DNA from: a bacterium
GTDB taxonomy: Bacteria > Auribacterota > UBA3054
DNA length: 64,000 bases
Assembly: GCA_017963805.1 (NCBI GenBank)
Contig: JAGCTE010000015.1
Coordinates: 122,350-186,349 of the forward strand
Reading direction: 5' to 3'
Of the stretch, positions 1-9,438 are shown piece after piece. The position numbers were made by a program, and so were the translations under genes. The notes beneath the pieces were generated by a model. That model saw only the letters and a list, made by a program, of their open reading frames with translations, was not told the DNA's origin and searched no databases. Position 1 is the stretch's first letter; the number at the start of each line of letters is the position of its first letter.

Positions 1-108
1 TAAAGAAGCGCTGCGGCTTTGCGTTTGGCTTTTGGGCGGAAGCTGAATCCATAATTATTCCGAATAGAATATAGAAGAATTATAACATTTAGCCGTTTCG
101 GTTGGTAG

Positions 109-130
109 TCGCCCCGAAGGGGCGCTTTTG
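109..130 (+). terminator. Rho-independent terminator-like hairpin (GCCCCGAAGGGGC followed by a T tract), probably ending a gene upstream of the window
   Basis: A GC stem-loop followed by TTTT, read directly from the sequence. Confidence 0.4.
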
Positions 131-163
131 TAATTAAAACGGGCTTCTAGTATAATTTCTAAT

Positions 164-871
164 ATGAAGACAATAAAAGAAGTCAAAGAGACCCTGAGGG
201 GGATCTGCGTTTCGCCCTCGCTTCTCTCCTGCGATTTTTCCAAATGGGCGGAGGAGATAGAGACCGCGAAGGAATCAGGCGCGAACCTGATCCACTGGGA
301 CATCATGGACGCGCACTTCGTTCCCAACCTCACTTTCGGGCATCCGGTCGTGAAAAAGCTCCGGCCCCACTCCGACCTGATCTTCGACGTGCACCTTATG
401 ATCGACGATCCTGTCACCTACGCTCCCAAGTTCAGGGAAGCGGGCGCGGACATCATCACCATGCACATTGAAAGCCCGGCCTTCGACAGTCCCCAAAAAG
501 TCACCGACACCCTCAAAGGGCTAAAGGCTTCCGGCTGCGCCGCGGGTTTGGTCGTAAAGCCGAAAACCAAAGCGGAAGCGATCTTCCCGTACCTTGATCT
601 CTGCGACATCGTCCTTGTCATGACGGTCGAGCCCGGCTTCGGCGGGCAGAGCTTCATGGCCGACATGCTCCCCAAGATCGAACAGATCAAAAGCGAGATC
701 GAAAAAAGAGGCCTCGACTGCGCCATAGAAGTGGACGGCGGTGTGGACGGTGAGACCAAGGACCTCTGCTTCAAGGCCGGCGCCACCGCTTTCGTGGCCG
801 GCAGCTACCTTTTCGGCAAGCCCGACATGGCTGAGCGCATAAAAGCTTTCTACGCGATGGAAAAGAAATAG
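164..871 (+). CDS. rpe: Ribulose-phosphate 3-epimerase
   Basis: 235 aa. Carries the motifs HWDIMDAHFVPNLTFG, HLMIDDP and VEPGFGGQ, typical of the Rpe TIM-barrel. Confidence 0.9.
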   Translation: MKTIKEVKETLRGICVSPSLLSCDFSKWAEEIETAKESGANLIHWDIMDAHFVPNLTFGHPVVKKLRPHSDLIFDVHLMIDDPVTYAPKFREAGADIITMHIESPAFDSPQKVTDTLKGLKASGCAAGLVVKPKTKAEAIFPYLDLCDIVLVMTVEPGFGGQSFMADMLPKIEQIKSEIEKRGLDCAIEVDGGVDGETKDLCFKAGATAFVAGSYLFGKPDMAERIKAFYAMEKK

Positions 872-872
872 A

Positions 873-2285
873 ATGGCTGAGAACATAATAAAATTCGGGA
901 CCGACGGCTGGCGCGGCGTCATCGCCGACACCTTCACCTTCGAGAATCTGGCCAAGGCCGCCCAGGCCTACGCCGACTATCTCAAAGCGGAAGGCAAGGC
1001 CGGCGCCTCGCTCGTCGTGGGCTACGACCACCGCTTCCTGGGCAAACGTTTCGCCGAATTAGTGGCGGAAATACTCTGGGCCAACGGCTTCAAGGTATTG
1101 CCAGCCGACAAGCCCTTGCCGACTCCGGTCGTTTCCTACGCTGTGAAACATTACGGTTTGGCGGGCGGCGTCATGATCACCGCCAGCCACAATCCCGCCA
1201 ACTATTCCGGCTTCAAGATCAAGACGCCTCCCGGCTGCTCCGCCAACGTCGAAACCACAAAGGGCATAGAGGCTCAGGTCGGCAAAAACGAACCGAAGAG
1301 GATCTCGAGAGCCGAAGCCGAAAAGCTAGGCCTCGTTCTCAAGGGCGACCCCGAGAAAGTCTACCTTGAATGGGTGGATTCCTTCATTGACAAAAAACTT
1401 TTGTCTTCCAAACCGCTCAAGGTCCTCGTGGATTCCCTTTACGGCGTGGGCAAGACTTACATCGCGGATATCCTGAATTCTCTCGGCCACCAGGCCGTGA
1501 CTATCAGATCCGACCGCAACCCCGCCTTCCCGGGCATCGCGCCCGAGCCGGTCCCACCCAACATGGCCGCAAGTCTTGAAAAGATCAAAAATGAAGGCTT
1601 CGACATCTGCCTCGTCACCGACGGCGACGCCGACAGACTAGCGGCCGCGGACAATAGGGGAGAGTACATAATCACTCCCAAGATCGCCCTCATTCTCGCC
1701 CTCTACTTTATGAAGCGCAAAGGCTGGTCCGGCAAGATGGTCAAGACCGTCTCCTGCTCCGTGACTATCGACCGCTTCTGCAAAAAGTACGGCATCCCCC
1801 TGGAAGAAAAGCCTGTGGGCTTCAAATATATCGTTCCCCATCTCATCGACGGTACGGCGCTCGTCGGCACGGAAGAAAGCGGCGGCTTGGGCTTTCAAAA
1901 GCACATCCCCGAAAGGGACGGCATCCTCTCCGGCCTTCTTCTCGTCGAGGCCCTCATCGGCTTGGGTTTCAATAACGCCGGCGAAGCCCTGGACTACATC
2001 GACAAGGAATTCGGAACGATGCGCTACCACCGCATCGACAAAGCCTGCGATCCGAACGCCAAGGACGCTTTCATGAAAAAGCTTGAGACTGATCCTCCCG
2101 CCGAGATCCTCGGCCGCAAGGTGAAAAACATCAAGACCATCGACGGCGTCAAGTTCGAGCTGGAGGACGATTCCTGGCTCCTTCTGCGTTTTTCAGGCAC
2201 CGAACCGGTCTGCCGCTTCTACGCGGAAGCGCCAAGCTTGAAGGAAGCCGAAGAAATGACCATCCTCGGCTCCCGGATGCTCTGA
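873..2285 (+). CDS. Alpha-D-phosphohexomutase (phosphoglucomutase/phosphomannomutase family)
   Basis: 470 aa. Has GTDGWRG near the N-terminus and the TASHNP active-site serine loop. It starts 2 nt after the rpe stop. Confidence 0.85.
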   Translation: MAENIIKFGTDGWRGVIADTFTFENLAKAAQAYADYLKAEGKAGASLVVGYDHRFLGKRFAELVAEILWANGFKVLPADKPLPTPVVSYAVKHYGLAGGVMITASHNPANYSGFKIKTPPGCSANVETTKGIEAQVGKNEPKRISRAEAEKLGLVLKGDPEKVYLEWVDSFIDKKLLSSKPLKVLVDSLYGVGKTYIADILNSLGHQAVTIRSDRNPAFPGIAPEPVPPNMAASLEKIKNEGFDICLVTDGDADRLAAADNRGEYIITPKIALILALYFMKRKGWSGKMVKTVSCSVTIDRFCKKYGIPLEEKPVGFKYIVPHLIDGTALVGTEESGGLGFQKHIPERDGILSGLLLVEALIGLGFNNAGEALDYIDKEFGTMRYHRIDKACDPNAKDAFMKKLETDPPAEILGRKVKNIKTIDGVKFELEDDSWLLLRFSGTEPVCRFYAEAPSLKEAEEMTILGSRML

Positions 2286-2286
2286 T

Positions 2287-3606
2287 ATGGAAGAGCTCAT
2301 CGAAGTCAGGCTCATTGCCGACCCAATCGTCTGCGACCAGCTTTCCGAACTTTGGGACGATCCCGAAGCCGATTTTTCCGTGGAAAAACTCACGGATTCT
2401 GAAAAGGCCGTTTTCAGTCTTTTTTTGAAAAGCGAGGAAGAAGCAAGCCGATCCGAAGCAAAGCTTCTTGCTCTCGCCAAGTTCCTGACCTCCGATCTTT
2501 CCTTGGAAAGAAGGATCGTCAAAAAAGAAGACTGGGCGGAGAAGTGGAAGGAAAATTTCCACGTCAGCAGAGTAGGGAAGAACCTCGTCATCGTGCCTTC
2601 CTGGGAGAATTACTCTCCTGAACCTAACGACATCATCCTCGTCAACGATCCCGGCATGGCCTTCGGCACAGGGAGCCACGGCACCAGCAAAGCCTGTTTG
2701 GAATTCCTTGAGGAACTCTCCTTAAAGAACCATCCCCAGAGTCTTCTGGACGCCGGCACCGGCACGGGCGTCCTGGCTGTCGCCGCCGCCAAATTAGGCA
2801 TCCCCGACATCGACGCCTTCGACAACGAGCCCCAGGCCGTCACGGCCGCCAAAGAAAACGCCGAAAAGAACAACGTCGAAATCAACGTTTTTCAGCAGGA
2901 TCTCTTTTTTTACGCCCCCAATAAGAAATACGATATAGTTATCGCCAACATTCTCTGCGCCGTCTTAGAGCGCAATGTGGAGCGCCTGATGGCCGCCGTG
3001 GCGCCCAACGGCCACCTCGTTTTGGCCGGCATCCTGGACGAGCAGTATCCCGCCCTCTCAGTGCTCTTCACAAGCCTTGGCGCCATAGAGCAAAGATCGA
3101 CGCTTATAGAAGGCTGGAGAACGGGCGTCTTCAAGCTTCCCGAAACGCCAAGGCCCATAGAGACCGTCCCGCAGACTGAACCCGAAATGGAAGAAGCGGC
3201 CGCTTGGTTCAGCGATAAGTGGCACATCCCCAAAAGCGCCTACATATCCAGTATGAAAGAGCCCAAGGACAACTACTGGTACGTCGTAAGGGATCCTGAA
3301 ACGAAAAAGATCATCGCCGGCGCCGGCGTCATTCCCAACGATTTCCACGCGAGGCCTGACCTCGCGCCCAACCTTTGCGCCCTTTTCGTGGAAGAGCCCT
3401 TCAGAAAGCGGGGACTGGCGGGCGCGCTTCTAAACCACATCGCCAGGGACATGCAGACAAAGGACTGCGGCACGCTTTACCTCGCCACCGAGCACACCTC
3501 TTTTTACGAACGCTACGGCTGGGATTTCTACACCTTCGTCAAGGAAAGCAATTCCGATCACATGACGAGACTTTACCGCCACGTATGGATGGACGAGCGA
3601 AAATAA
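2287..3606 (+). CDS. prmA: Ribosomal protein L11 methyltransferase PrmA fused to a C-terminal GNAT acetyltransferase-like domain
   Basis: 439 aa. Residues ~1-290 carry the PrmA motifs (DPGMAFGTGSHGTS, LDAGTGTGVLAVAAAKLG, DIVIANIL). Residues ~300-439 resemble a GNAT fold (RKRGLAGALLNHI...YERYGW). Confidence 0.75.
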   Translation: MEELIEVRLIADPIVCDQLSELWDDPEADFSVEKLTDSEKAVFSLFLKSEEEASRSEAKLLALAKFLTSDLSLERRIVKKEDWAEKWKENFHVSRVGKNLVIVPSWENYSPEPNDIILVNDPGMAFGTGSHGTSKACLEFLEELSLKNHPQSLLDAGTGTGVLAVAAAKLGIPDIDAFDNEPQAVTAAKENAEKNNVEINVFQQDLFFYAPNKKYDIVIANILCAVLERNVERLMAAVAPNGHLVLAGILDEQYPALSVLFTSLGAIEQRSTLIEGWRTGVFKLPETPRPIETVPQTEPEMEEAAAWFSDKWHIPKSAYISSMKEPKDNYWYVVRDPETKKIIAGAGVIPNDFHARPDLAPNLCALFVEEPFRKRGLAGALLNHIARDMQTKDCGTLYLATEHTSFYERYGWDFYTFVKESNSDHMTRLYRHVWMDERK

Positions 3607-3959
3607 ACCTTGCCGCCGCCGTTCTGGTCATATTGGCTGTAATTGCTTTTTTCTCCTTTGTTGATCCGACCGCGTCTCCGTTTTTTCCCCGCTGCTCCTT
3701 CCGCGCCCTCACCGGCTTCGACTGCCCGGGCTGCGGCACCTCCCGCGCGCTTCACAGCCTTGCGCACGGACATCTGATCGAAGCCTTCAGCTACAATCCC
3801 ATCCTCTTTCTGGCCATCCCCACCGTAATAATCCTCGTCTTCTCCAAGAGGGCCAGACGTTCCGTCGCGCTCCCCATCGTCGTCCTCGTCGTCATCCTGC
3901 TCTACTGGGTCATAAGAAACCTCCCGCAATTCCAGTCCCTCCTTCAGTCCCTCCGCTGA
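3585..3959 (+). CDS. DUF2752-like small membrane protein (CPGCG motif)
   Basis: About 124 aa counted from the internal Met (MDGRAKINL...). Has a TM helix, then FDCPGCGTSRALH. The long upstream part of ORF 3375..3959 overlaps prmA and is discounted. Confidence 0.55.
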   Translation: MDGRAKINLAAAVLVILAVIAFFSFVDPTASPFFPRCSFRALTGFDCPGCGTSRALHSLAHGHLIEAFSYNPILFLAIPTVIILVFSKRARRSVALPIVVLVVILLYWVIRNLPQFQSLLQSLR

Positions 3960-4004
3960 AAATGATTTATAATATATAATAAGTGAAGATCGCTAGGTAA
4001 ATAT

Positions 4005-4532
4005 ATGCAAAAAGAGATTAGAGGAGAGCGCGTCGTTTTGCGCGAGCAAAGGGAAGAGGACGCGAAGTATTTCGCCCATTGGTTCAACAAGCCAGAGGTG
4101 ATGTTCCAGTGCGGCTTCGAAAAACCTACCGACGAGCAAGAGGAAAAAAAGCGCATCGCCGTTGCCCACAGGTCCGATGATTCGGTCTGGTATACGATCA
4201 CGGATCTCGAGGGAAACATTATCGGTGAGACCGGCCTTCTGCGCATGTTTTCCGCCTGGCATCAGACTGACCTTACGATAATCATTCCCGATCCAAAGAA
4301 TCAACGCAAAGGATACGGGACGGAAGCGATCACGATCATGCTGGACATGGCATTTAAAGAATTATCCATGCACCGGGTTTCCATCGGCGTGGTGGCCCTG
4401 AACACGAACGCTCTGAATTTCTACAGGAAGATCGGATTCAAAAAGGAGGGCATTCTGGAAGAAGCGTACTATTATGACAACGAGTACAGCGACTTCATCA
4501 TGCTGCGCATCCTCAGCCGGGAATGGAAGTGA
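4005..4532 (+). CDS. GNAT family N-acetyltransferase (RimJ/RimL-like)
   Basis: 175 aa. Has the QRKGYGTEA acetyl-CoA binding motif and the typical GNAT length. Confidence 0.75.
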   Translation: MQKEIRGERVVLREQREEDAKYFAHWFNKPEVMFQCGFEKPTDEQEEKKRIAVAHRSDDSVWYTITDLEGNIIGETGLLRMFSAWHQTDLTIIIPDPKNQRKGYGTEAITIMLDMAFKELSMHRVSIGVVALNTNALNFYRKIGFKKEGILEEAYYYDNEYSDFIMLRILSREWK

Positions 4533-4931
4533 TCAATTCAGCTTGAAGGAGGAGGGGAGTAGGGCGGAGAGAGTCGTCTCCTGGTAGGTGCCGTCGGTCT
4601 TGGCCATGAGGATAATGAGGTCGCCCTTGGGGGAGAATTCCGAGAGCACTTGCCGGCAGATGCCGCAGGGGACGGCGAATTCGGTTTCGTTGTAGCAGAG
4701 GGCGATGGCTGTTGGATCCGCGCCGCCGTTTACGATCATGTTGCAAACGGCGGCGCGTTCCGCGCAGATGGTGGCGCCGTAGGAGGCGTTCTCGATGTTG
4801 CAGCCCGTGAAGACTGTTCCGTTCTTCGTAAGGATGGCGGCGCCCACTTTGAATTTGGAATAGGGGGCGTAGGCCTTTTCCCTGGCTTCTATGGCCTGAT
4901 TAACGAGTTCCTGCGCGGTCTTGGTATCCAT
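4533..4931 (-). CDS. cdd: Cytidine deaminase
   Basis: 132 aa. Zinc-binding motifs CAERAA and PCGICRQ. Its start codon abuts or overlaps the mksB stop. Confidence 0.85.
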   Translation of the reverse strand: MDTKTAQELVNQAIEAREKAYAPYSKFKVGAAILTKNGTVFTGCNIENASYGATICAERAAVCNMIVNGGADPTAIALCYNETEFAVPCGICRQVLSEFSPKGDLIILMAKTDGTYQETTLSALLPSSFKLN

Positions 4932-7900
4932 TATTTTTTGCCTTTCGGTTTTGATTTAGCTTTGGCTTTCGGCTTCGCTTTGGGAGCGGGCTTTTTGGCG
5001 GCGGGCTTTTTCACGGCTTTTTTCGGCGCCGCTTTTTTCGCTTTGGTTTTTGCGGGAGCGGGCTTCTTTTCTTCCTTGGGATCTTCGGGTTTTTCCGGTT
5101 CGGGAGCGGCTTTCACGCCGATGGTGAAGCTTTCCTCTTCGTCGTTCTGACTGAAGATGTCCATTTGCTGGCCTTCCTGGGATTCCCAGACGAAGTTGCC
5201 GATGAAGATCTCGTTATTGGCGTTCTTCTCGAGGAGCAGCGTTGTGGATTCCCTCATGGCTTCCGTGACGCCGTCCATTTCCGGGGTGGCGATGACAAGG
5301 GAGAGGCCAAGTCTGTTGGCGAAGCGCAGAAGTTCTTCCCTCCTTTCCGCGTCGATGCCGTAGAAAGCCTCGTCGAATAAGAGGAAGCGGATCTTGGCGC
5401 CGATCTGGTTGTAGAGAAGCGCGCTCATGGCCATGATGAGCAGGTAGTTCGGCACGGCCTGTTCGCCGCCCGATCCGAGGCGGCGGATGTCGTTCGTCAG
5501 CTCGATGCCCTCGCCCTCGGTGCCTGTCACTTTCACGTGCAGCTGGTAGTCGAACCAGTGGCGGTAGTCGAGGAAGGAGGGGAGAGAGCCGTCGGGCTGC
5601 ATGCGCAGTTCCCCGATCTTCGATTCGAAGAAGGCTTTCAGCTGTTCCTGGCTGTCCTCGTCGATGTCGCCGGCTCTTCTTACGATGCCGTAGACCTGGC
5701 GGTACTCCCCTTTGATCTTCTGGGTGAAGCGGTATTGGGAGCGGCCGAAAGAGAGGCCTTCCAGCATGAGGTTGACGGCTTCAAGACTTTCCTTGAGGCG
5801 GTAGAGGTCGCGGGTGTACTGGTTGGAGAGGTCGCCGAGGATGGTCTTTTCGAGAAGCTTCCTTCTGTTTTCGGAAACGGAATTCTCGAGCTGCGTTAGC
5901 TGGTCGTTCAACCTTGCCGTTATGGTCTTGAGGTCGCGGCCGTCCTGGTCGATGAGGTCGTTGATGTCTTCGCGGTAGGTGAAGGCGTACTTGGTCCAGA
6001 GCAGCTCGTGGTGGATCAAGCCGCCTTTCGAGCGGGAGTCGTCGCTGCCAACTAAGCTTCCGATCTCGCGGTTGATGACGCGCTCCTGGATCTTGATTAT
6101 TTCAGCGAGCCTGCCTTCCTGGACGTTCTCGGCGCCGTAGGTCTCCTTAAGGTAGCTCTCGAGGTCGGGGTATTCCTCGCCGAGGCGGTCCTCAAGGATC
6201 TTCTTCTTGTCGGCCGCCTGGTTGATGGCCTCGTTGTAGCTGAGTCTGGTCTTGGCGTTCTGGGCCTCTAAGATGGAGACGCGCTCTTTGTAGCGGGCGA
6301 TCATCTCGACAAGCTCCTCGCGTTCCTTTTCCTCGTCGTTCAAACGTTTCTTAAGGATGTCTAATTGCTTGTGGATGTCGCCGGTGGTCTGGAACTGCTT
6401 GTCTTCCCTGAGTTCCTTGATCTGCTTGGTTATCCTCGCGATCTGGCGCTGGGATCTGGCCTGCTGGCTCTGGGCCGTCTCGACTCTTTCCTTTATCTCG
6501 GCAAGGAGATTGTCGTTGGCGGCTCTCTGCGTCAAGCGGTGGGCGATGAGCCAGGGCGAGACTTTTTCCTCGAGCAGGATCTTGATCTTGTATACGGCTT
6601 CTATGGTCTCGCTGAGATTGCCCTGCTTTTTCCCAAGTTCGTCGGCGATGTTGGATAGCTCTTTGTTTTTGATCTTCTGTTCGGTCAAAAGTTTTTCCTG
6701 GGCGGCCTGGCGGCGCGCTTTGCCGAGCAAGCCTTCCGCTTCGCGCTTGACGTAGCGGTAAACGGCGCGTTCTTTCACAAGGCCTTCCCTGGAGAGCCAG
6801 TCGCCGTCGGGGGTGGCGGCTAGGTCGCAGATCCTTATCTTGCCGAGCTGCGTGTCGACGAAGCAGCGGGCGTAGCCGTTTGCCGTCTTCAAGTATTTGG
6901 CCAAAGAGTTTTCCAGGGGCTTCGGGCTCTTAGTGGCCATGAGCTTCGAGGTGTCGGCGATCCTGATACCGGGGTTGGCTTTGCCAGCCAACCTTATGAC
7001 GGCTTCGAGATCGTCCTCTTCGGGGATGATGGTGCCGAGCCACTCGTCGCCAAGGAAAGACTCTATGAGGTTCATGAGCTGGGGCGGCGTGTTGGGCGCG
7101 AAATCAAGCATGGTGAAGAGCGGTTCGGCTTTCAAGCCCTCCCTCTTTACGGCGTCAAGGAAATCGCGGTAGCCGATTATCCTCGGCATCACTTCCATGA
7201 TTGGGACGGAGGCTTTTATTTCGCTTTCCTTCGTGAGGTCGGCAAGGCGCAGTGTGAGCGTCTGCTTTTCGTCCCTCAGGGCCTGCAGAAGATTGTCGGC
7301 AGATCTTATCGCCAGCTTTTGCGAGCGGGAGAGCGCCTCGGTGTCGCATTCGGCCGTTTCCTCGGCGTTCTTGTAGGCTTTCTTCAGCGAGGCGACGGTC
7401 TTCGAGAGATGAAGGGCCGCTTCGTTCACTGTCTCGGGGCAGGTGGGAAGCGATACGGTCTTTATGACGGCGTTCTGGGAGCGGATGGCTTCCAATACGT
7501 CGGCGCCGGCGTTCGCCTTGTCTTTTTCAAGCGTGGCCTGCTTTTGCAGTTCTTTTTCCGTCTCTTCCTTGAAGGTGACGGAATCCTCTTTCAGTTTCGC
7601 CAAGTCCTTTTCAAGGCGTTCGGCTTCTTCCCAAAGTTTGGCGCCGGTGCCGGTCCGAACTTCGGCAAGCGTGGTCCTTGTCTGCTCGAGCTTGGGCAGC
7701 AGGTCGTCGAGCTTGTTCTTCGCGTCGATCTGGTTCTGGCGGTTGACGGCCACGGCCCTTTCCTGGCTCTTCAGTTCGGAGGCGAGGTTGTTGAGGGAGT
7801 TTCTCAGCCTCAGGTAGCGGCACTCCTCGATCCTTGTTTTTGAAGCGGTGATCTTGGAAACGGTCTTGTTTGCTTCGTCAAGAAGTTCGGCTTCTTTTTT

Positions 7901-8683
7901 TAGGCCTTTGATGTCGCTCTCTATGGTCTCGAGGTTCTGCAGCGTCGTCTCGATGTCCTGGAAGACCTGATGGTCGGGGGCGGGGAGAAGAGCCGCGAAG
8001 AGGCCTTCGAAGTCTCTGGCCTTGACGACCAGGTCCTTGTAGGATTTGCTGGCTTTTAAGAGATCCGCCACGCGCTCGAAATTTGAGCGGCCGCCGAAGA
8101 AGCGGTTCGCGACTTGCGTGCGGTAGCGGCCGATGTCGTAAACTCTCGTCTTGCCGATCAGGCCGGGCAGTTCCTTTTTGTCCACCGGGCGGTACTGGGG
8201 CGCTTCGGAAACGTCGTTCACCCTTATCGTAAGCTGGACTTCGGATAGGGGAGCGTCCACTATGAAGCCCCACATCTCGGGTCTTTGGTCAAGGTTTTCC
8301 GCGAAGGCGCCGACGCCGATCGTCACAGGGTTCTGGCTCTTGGGGTCGAGGAGCTCCAAGGCGACATATCCTACCGCGCCGCCGGCTCTGCCCACCTTGC
8401 CGGTCTCGAAGTTGTGCTGCAAAAGAACGCCGGAGAGGCTGCGGCCGGATTCGGACCTGCCGCCGATCACGGTGGCGGCGTTGAACATCAGTCTCTGTCC
8501 GCCGGTCAATGCCAGCTGCACCGCGTCGATGATGGTCGTCTTGCCGGTTCCGTTGTTGCCCATCAGAAAGAGGCTGCCGTGGATATTGATGGTCTCGTCA
8601 GCGAAGTTATGGAAGTTGATGAGGCGCAGGGCCCTTAAGTTCAAAGCGTTTTCCCAACTGTGGTTTCCGTTCATCGTGTTCAC
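4931..8683 (-). CDS. mksB: MukB-like SMC ATPase MksB (Wadjet JetC-like) with a C-terminal lysine/alanine/proline-rich histone-H1-like tail
   Basis: 1250 aa. N-terminal Walker A GNNGTGKTT, very long coiled-coil middle, C-terminal Walker B/D-loop LLFDEAFYGID. The last ~60 aa read KPAPAKTKAKKAAPKKAVKKPAAKKPAPKAKPKAKAKSKPKGKK. It is the third gene of the mksF-mksE-mksB operon. Confidence 0.8.
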   Translation of the reverse strand: MNTMNGNHSWENALNLRALRLINFHNFADETINIHGSLFLMGNNGTGKTTIIDAVQLALTGGQRLMFNAATVIGGRSESGRSLSGVLLQHNFETGKVGRAGGAVGYVALELLDPKSQNPVTIGVGAFAENLDQRPEMWGFIVDAPLSEVQLTIRVNDVSEAPQYRPVDKKELPGLIGKTRVYDIGRYRTQVANRFFGGRSNFERVADLLKASKSYKDLVVKARDFEGLFAALLPAPDHQVFQDIETTLQNLETIESDIKGLKKEAELLDEANKTVSKITASKTRIEECRYLRLRNSLNNLASELKSQERAVAVNRQNQIDAKNKLDDLLPKLEQTRTTLAEVRTGTGAKLWEEAERLEKDLAKLKEDSVTFKEETEKELQKQATLEKDKANAGADVLEAIRSQNAVIKTVSLPTCPETVNEAALHLSKTVASLKKAYKNAEETAECDTEALSRSQKLAIRSADNLLQALRDEKQTLTLRLADLTKESEIKASVPIMEVMPRIIGYRDFLDAVKREGLKAEPLFTMLDFAPNTPPQLMNLIESFLGDEWLGTIIPEEDDLEAVIRLAGKANPGIRIADTSKLMATKSPKPLENSLAKYLKTANGYARCFVDTQLGKIRICDLAATPDGDWLSREGLVKERAVYRYVKREAEGLLGKARRQAAQEKLLTEQKIKNKELSNIADELGKKQGNLSETIEAVYKIKILLEEKVSPWLIAHRLTQRAANDNLLAEIKERVETAQSQQARSQRQIARITKQIKELREDKQFQTTGDIHKQLDILKKRLNDEEKEREELVEMIARYKERVSILEAQNAKTRLSYNEAINQAADKKKILEDRLGEEYPDLESYLKETYGAENVQEGRLAEIIKIQERVINREIGSLVGSDDSRSKGGLIHHELLWTKYAFTYREDINDLIDQDGRDLKTITARLNDQLTQLENSVSENRRKLLEKTILGDLSNQYTRDLYRLKESLEAVNLMLEGLSFGRSQYRFTQKIKGEYRQVYGIVRRAGDIDEDSQEQLKAFFESKIGELRMQPDGSLPSFLDYRHWFDYQLHVKVTGTEGEGIELTNDIRRLGSGGEQAVPNYLLIMAMSALLYNQIGAKIRFLLFDEAFYGIDAERREELLRFANRLGLSLVIATPEMDGVTEAMRESTTLLLEKNANNEIFIGNFVWESQEGQQMDIFSQNDEEESFTIGVKAAPEPEKPEDPKEEKKPAPAKTKAKKAAPKKAVKKPAAKKPAPKAKPKAKAKSKPKGKK

Positions 8684-8688
8684 CTAAT

Positions 8689-9432
8689 TTAAAAATTTTC
8701 CTGTTCGTTCTCTTCTTCCGCCGTCTCTTCACCGTCGCTCTTCAGGCTGTCCGTTTTGGAATAGAGCCTGGCGATCTCCTTGAAGGTGAGGACGTCCGGG
8801 CGGTAGCAGTGGATGCCCGGGAGGAATTCGTACATTACCTGCTGCTCGAGGCCTTCCGGCAGACGCTCGTCCTTTCCGACGTCCGCTTTTTCCTTCTGCT
8901 CGATGAAGCGGTATTTGATGAGCTTCGGGAAGAGCGTGCGGCAGGCGTCGACGATCGCTTTCTCGCTCGATTCGCCGTCCTCGAGCTCCTCGTTGAAACG
9001 GTTAAAGCAGTACTGCACAAAGTCGGAGATCAAAAAGCGCAGCCTCTTGTCGTCGTCGTAATTGGAGTTGAAGTCGCGGAGCAGCTTCTCGTAGAATTCC
9101 AAGAGCAGCATGAAGACCGAGCACTCGTCCCTTCTCGTCAGGTCGAACATGTCCCTTTGCGAAGGCTTAAGGGAATTGTTGTAGAGCTGCGGCTTGATTA
9201 TCCTCGCGGCCTGGCGGTCGACGTAGAGCTCCCAGCCGAAGTAGCGCATGAAGAAATGGCCGACGGCTTCCTGGTTCAATCTCAGGTAGGCGAAGAGATC
9301 CGGGTCGTCCGTCTGGTAGAAGAAGGGCGATTCGAGAAGAATGTTGAGAAGCGCCCTGACGCTGTGGATGTTCAGAGAATCGATCTGGTCGGAGTAATTC
9401 TCCGCTTCGTTTTCAAAGTATTGTTCGTTCAT
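8689..9432 (-). CDS. mksE: MksE/JetB-like (MukE-like) condensin subunit
   Basis: 247 aa, acidic, helical. The size and its position between the MksF-like and MksB-like genes match DUF4194-type MksE. Confidence 0.6.
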   Translation of the reverse strand: MNEQYFENEAENYSDQIDSLNIHSVRALLNILLESPFFYQTDDPDLFAYLRLNQEAVGHFFMRYFGWELYVDRQAARIIKPQLYNNSLKPSQRDMFDLTRRDECSVFMLLLEFYEKLLRDFNSNYDDDKRLRFLISDFVQYCFNRFNEELEDGESSEKAIVDACRTLFPKLIKYRFIEQKEKADVGKDERLPEGLEQQVMYEFLPGIHCYRPDVLTFKEIARLYSKTDSLKSDGEETAEEENEQENF

Positions 9433-9438
9433 AGTTTT

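Noticed and set aside
244-955. Several overlapping ORFs on both strands inside rpe (244..471, 275..496, 418..786, 521..955)
   Set aside because: They are antisense or out-of-frame to a well-supported rpe CDS. Such long spurious ORFs are expected in 60% GC DNA.
3375-3584. N-terminal 70 aa of ORF 3375..3959
   Set aside because: This part overlaps the prmA-GNAT coding region in another frame and is Arg/His-rich nonsense. Only the part from the Met at 3585 (DUF2752-like) is kept.
4000-4930. Looked for a MksG/JetD (Toprim/topo-VI-like) gene adjacent to mksB, which would make this a Wadjet defence system
   Set aside because: The downstream genes are cdd and a small GNAT. Nothing of about 400-500 aa with a Toprim-like motif is present on either side.
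4650-5150. 166-aa plus-strand ORF rich in G/A/F
   Set aside because: It is antisense to cdd and to the low-complexity lysine-tail region of mksB, and is an artefact of simple-sequence DNA.
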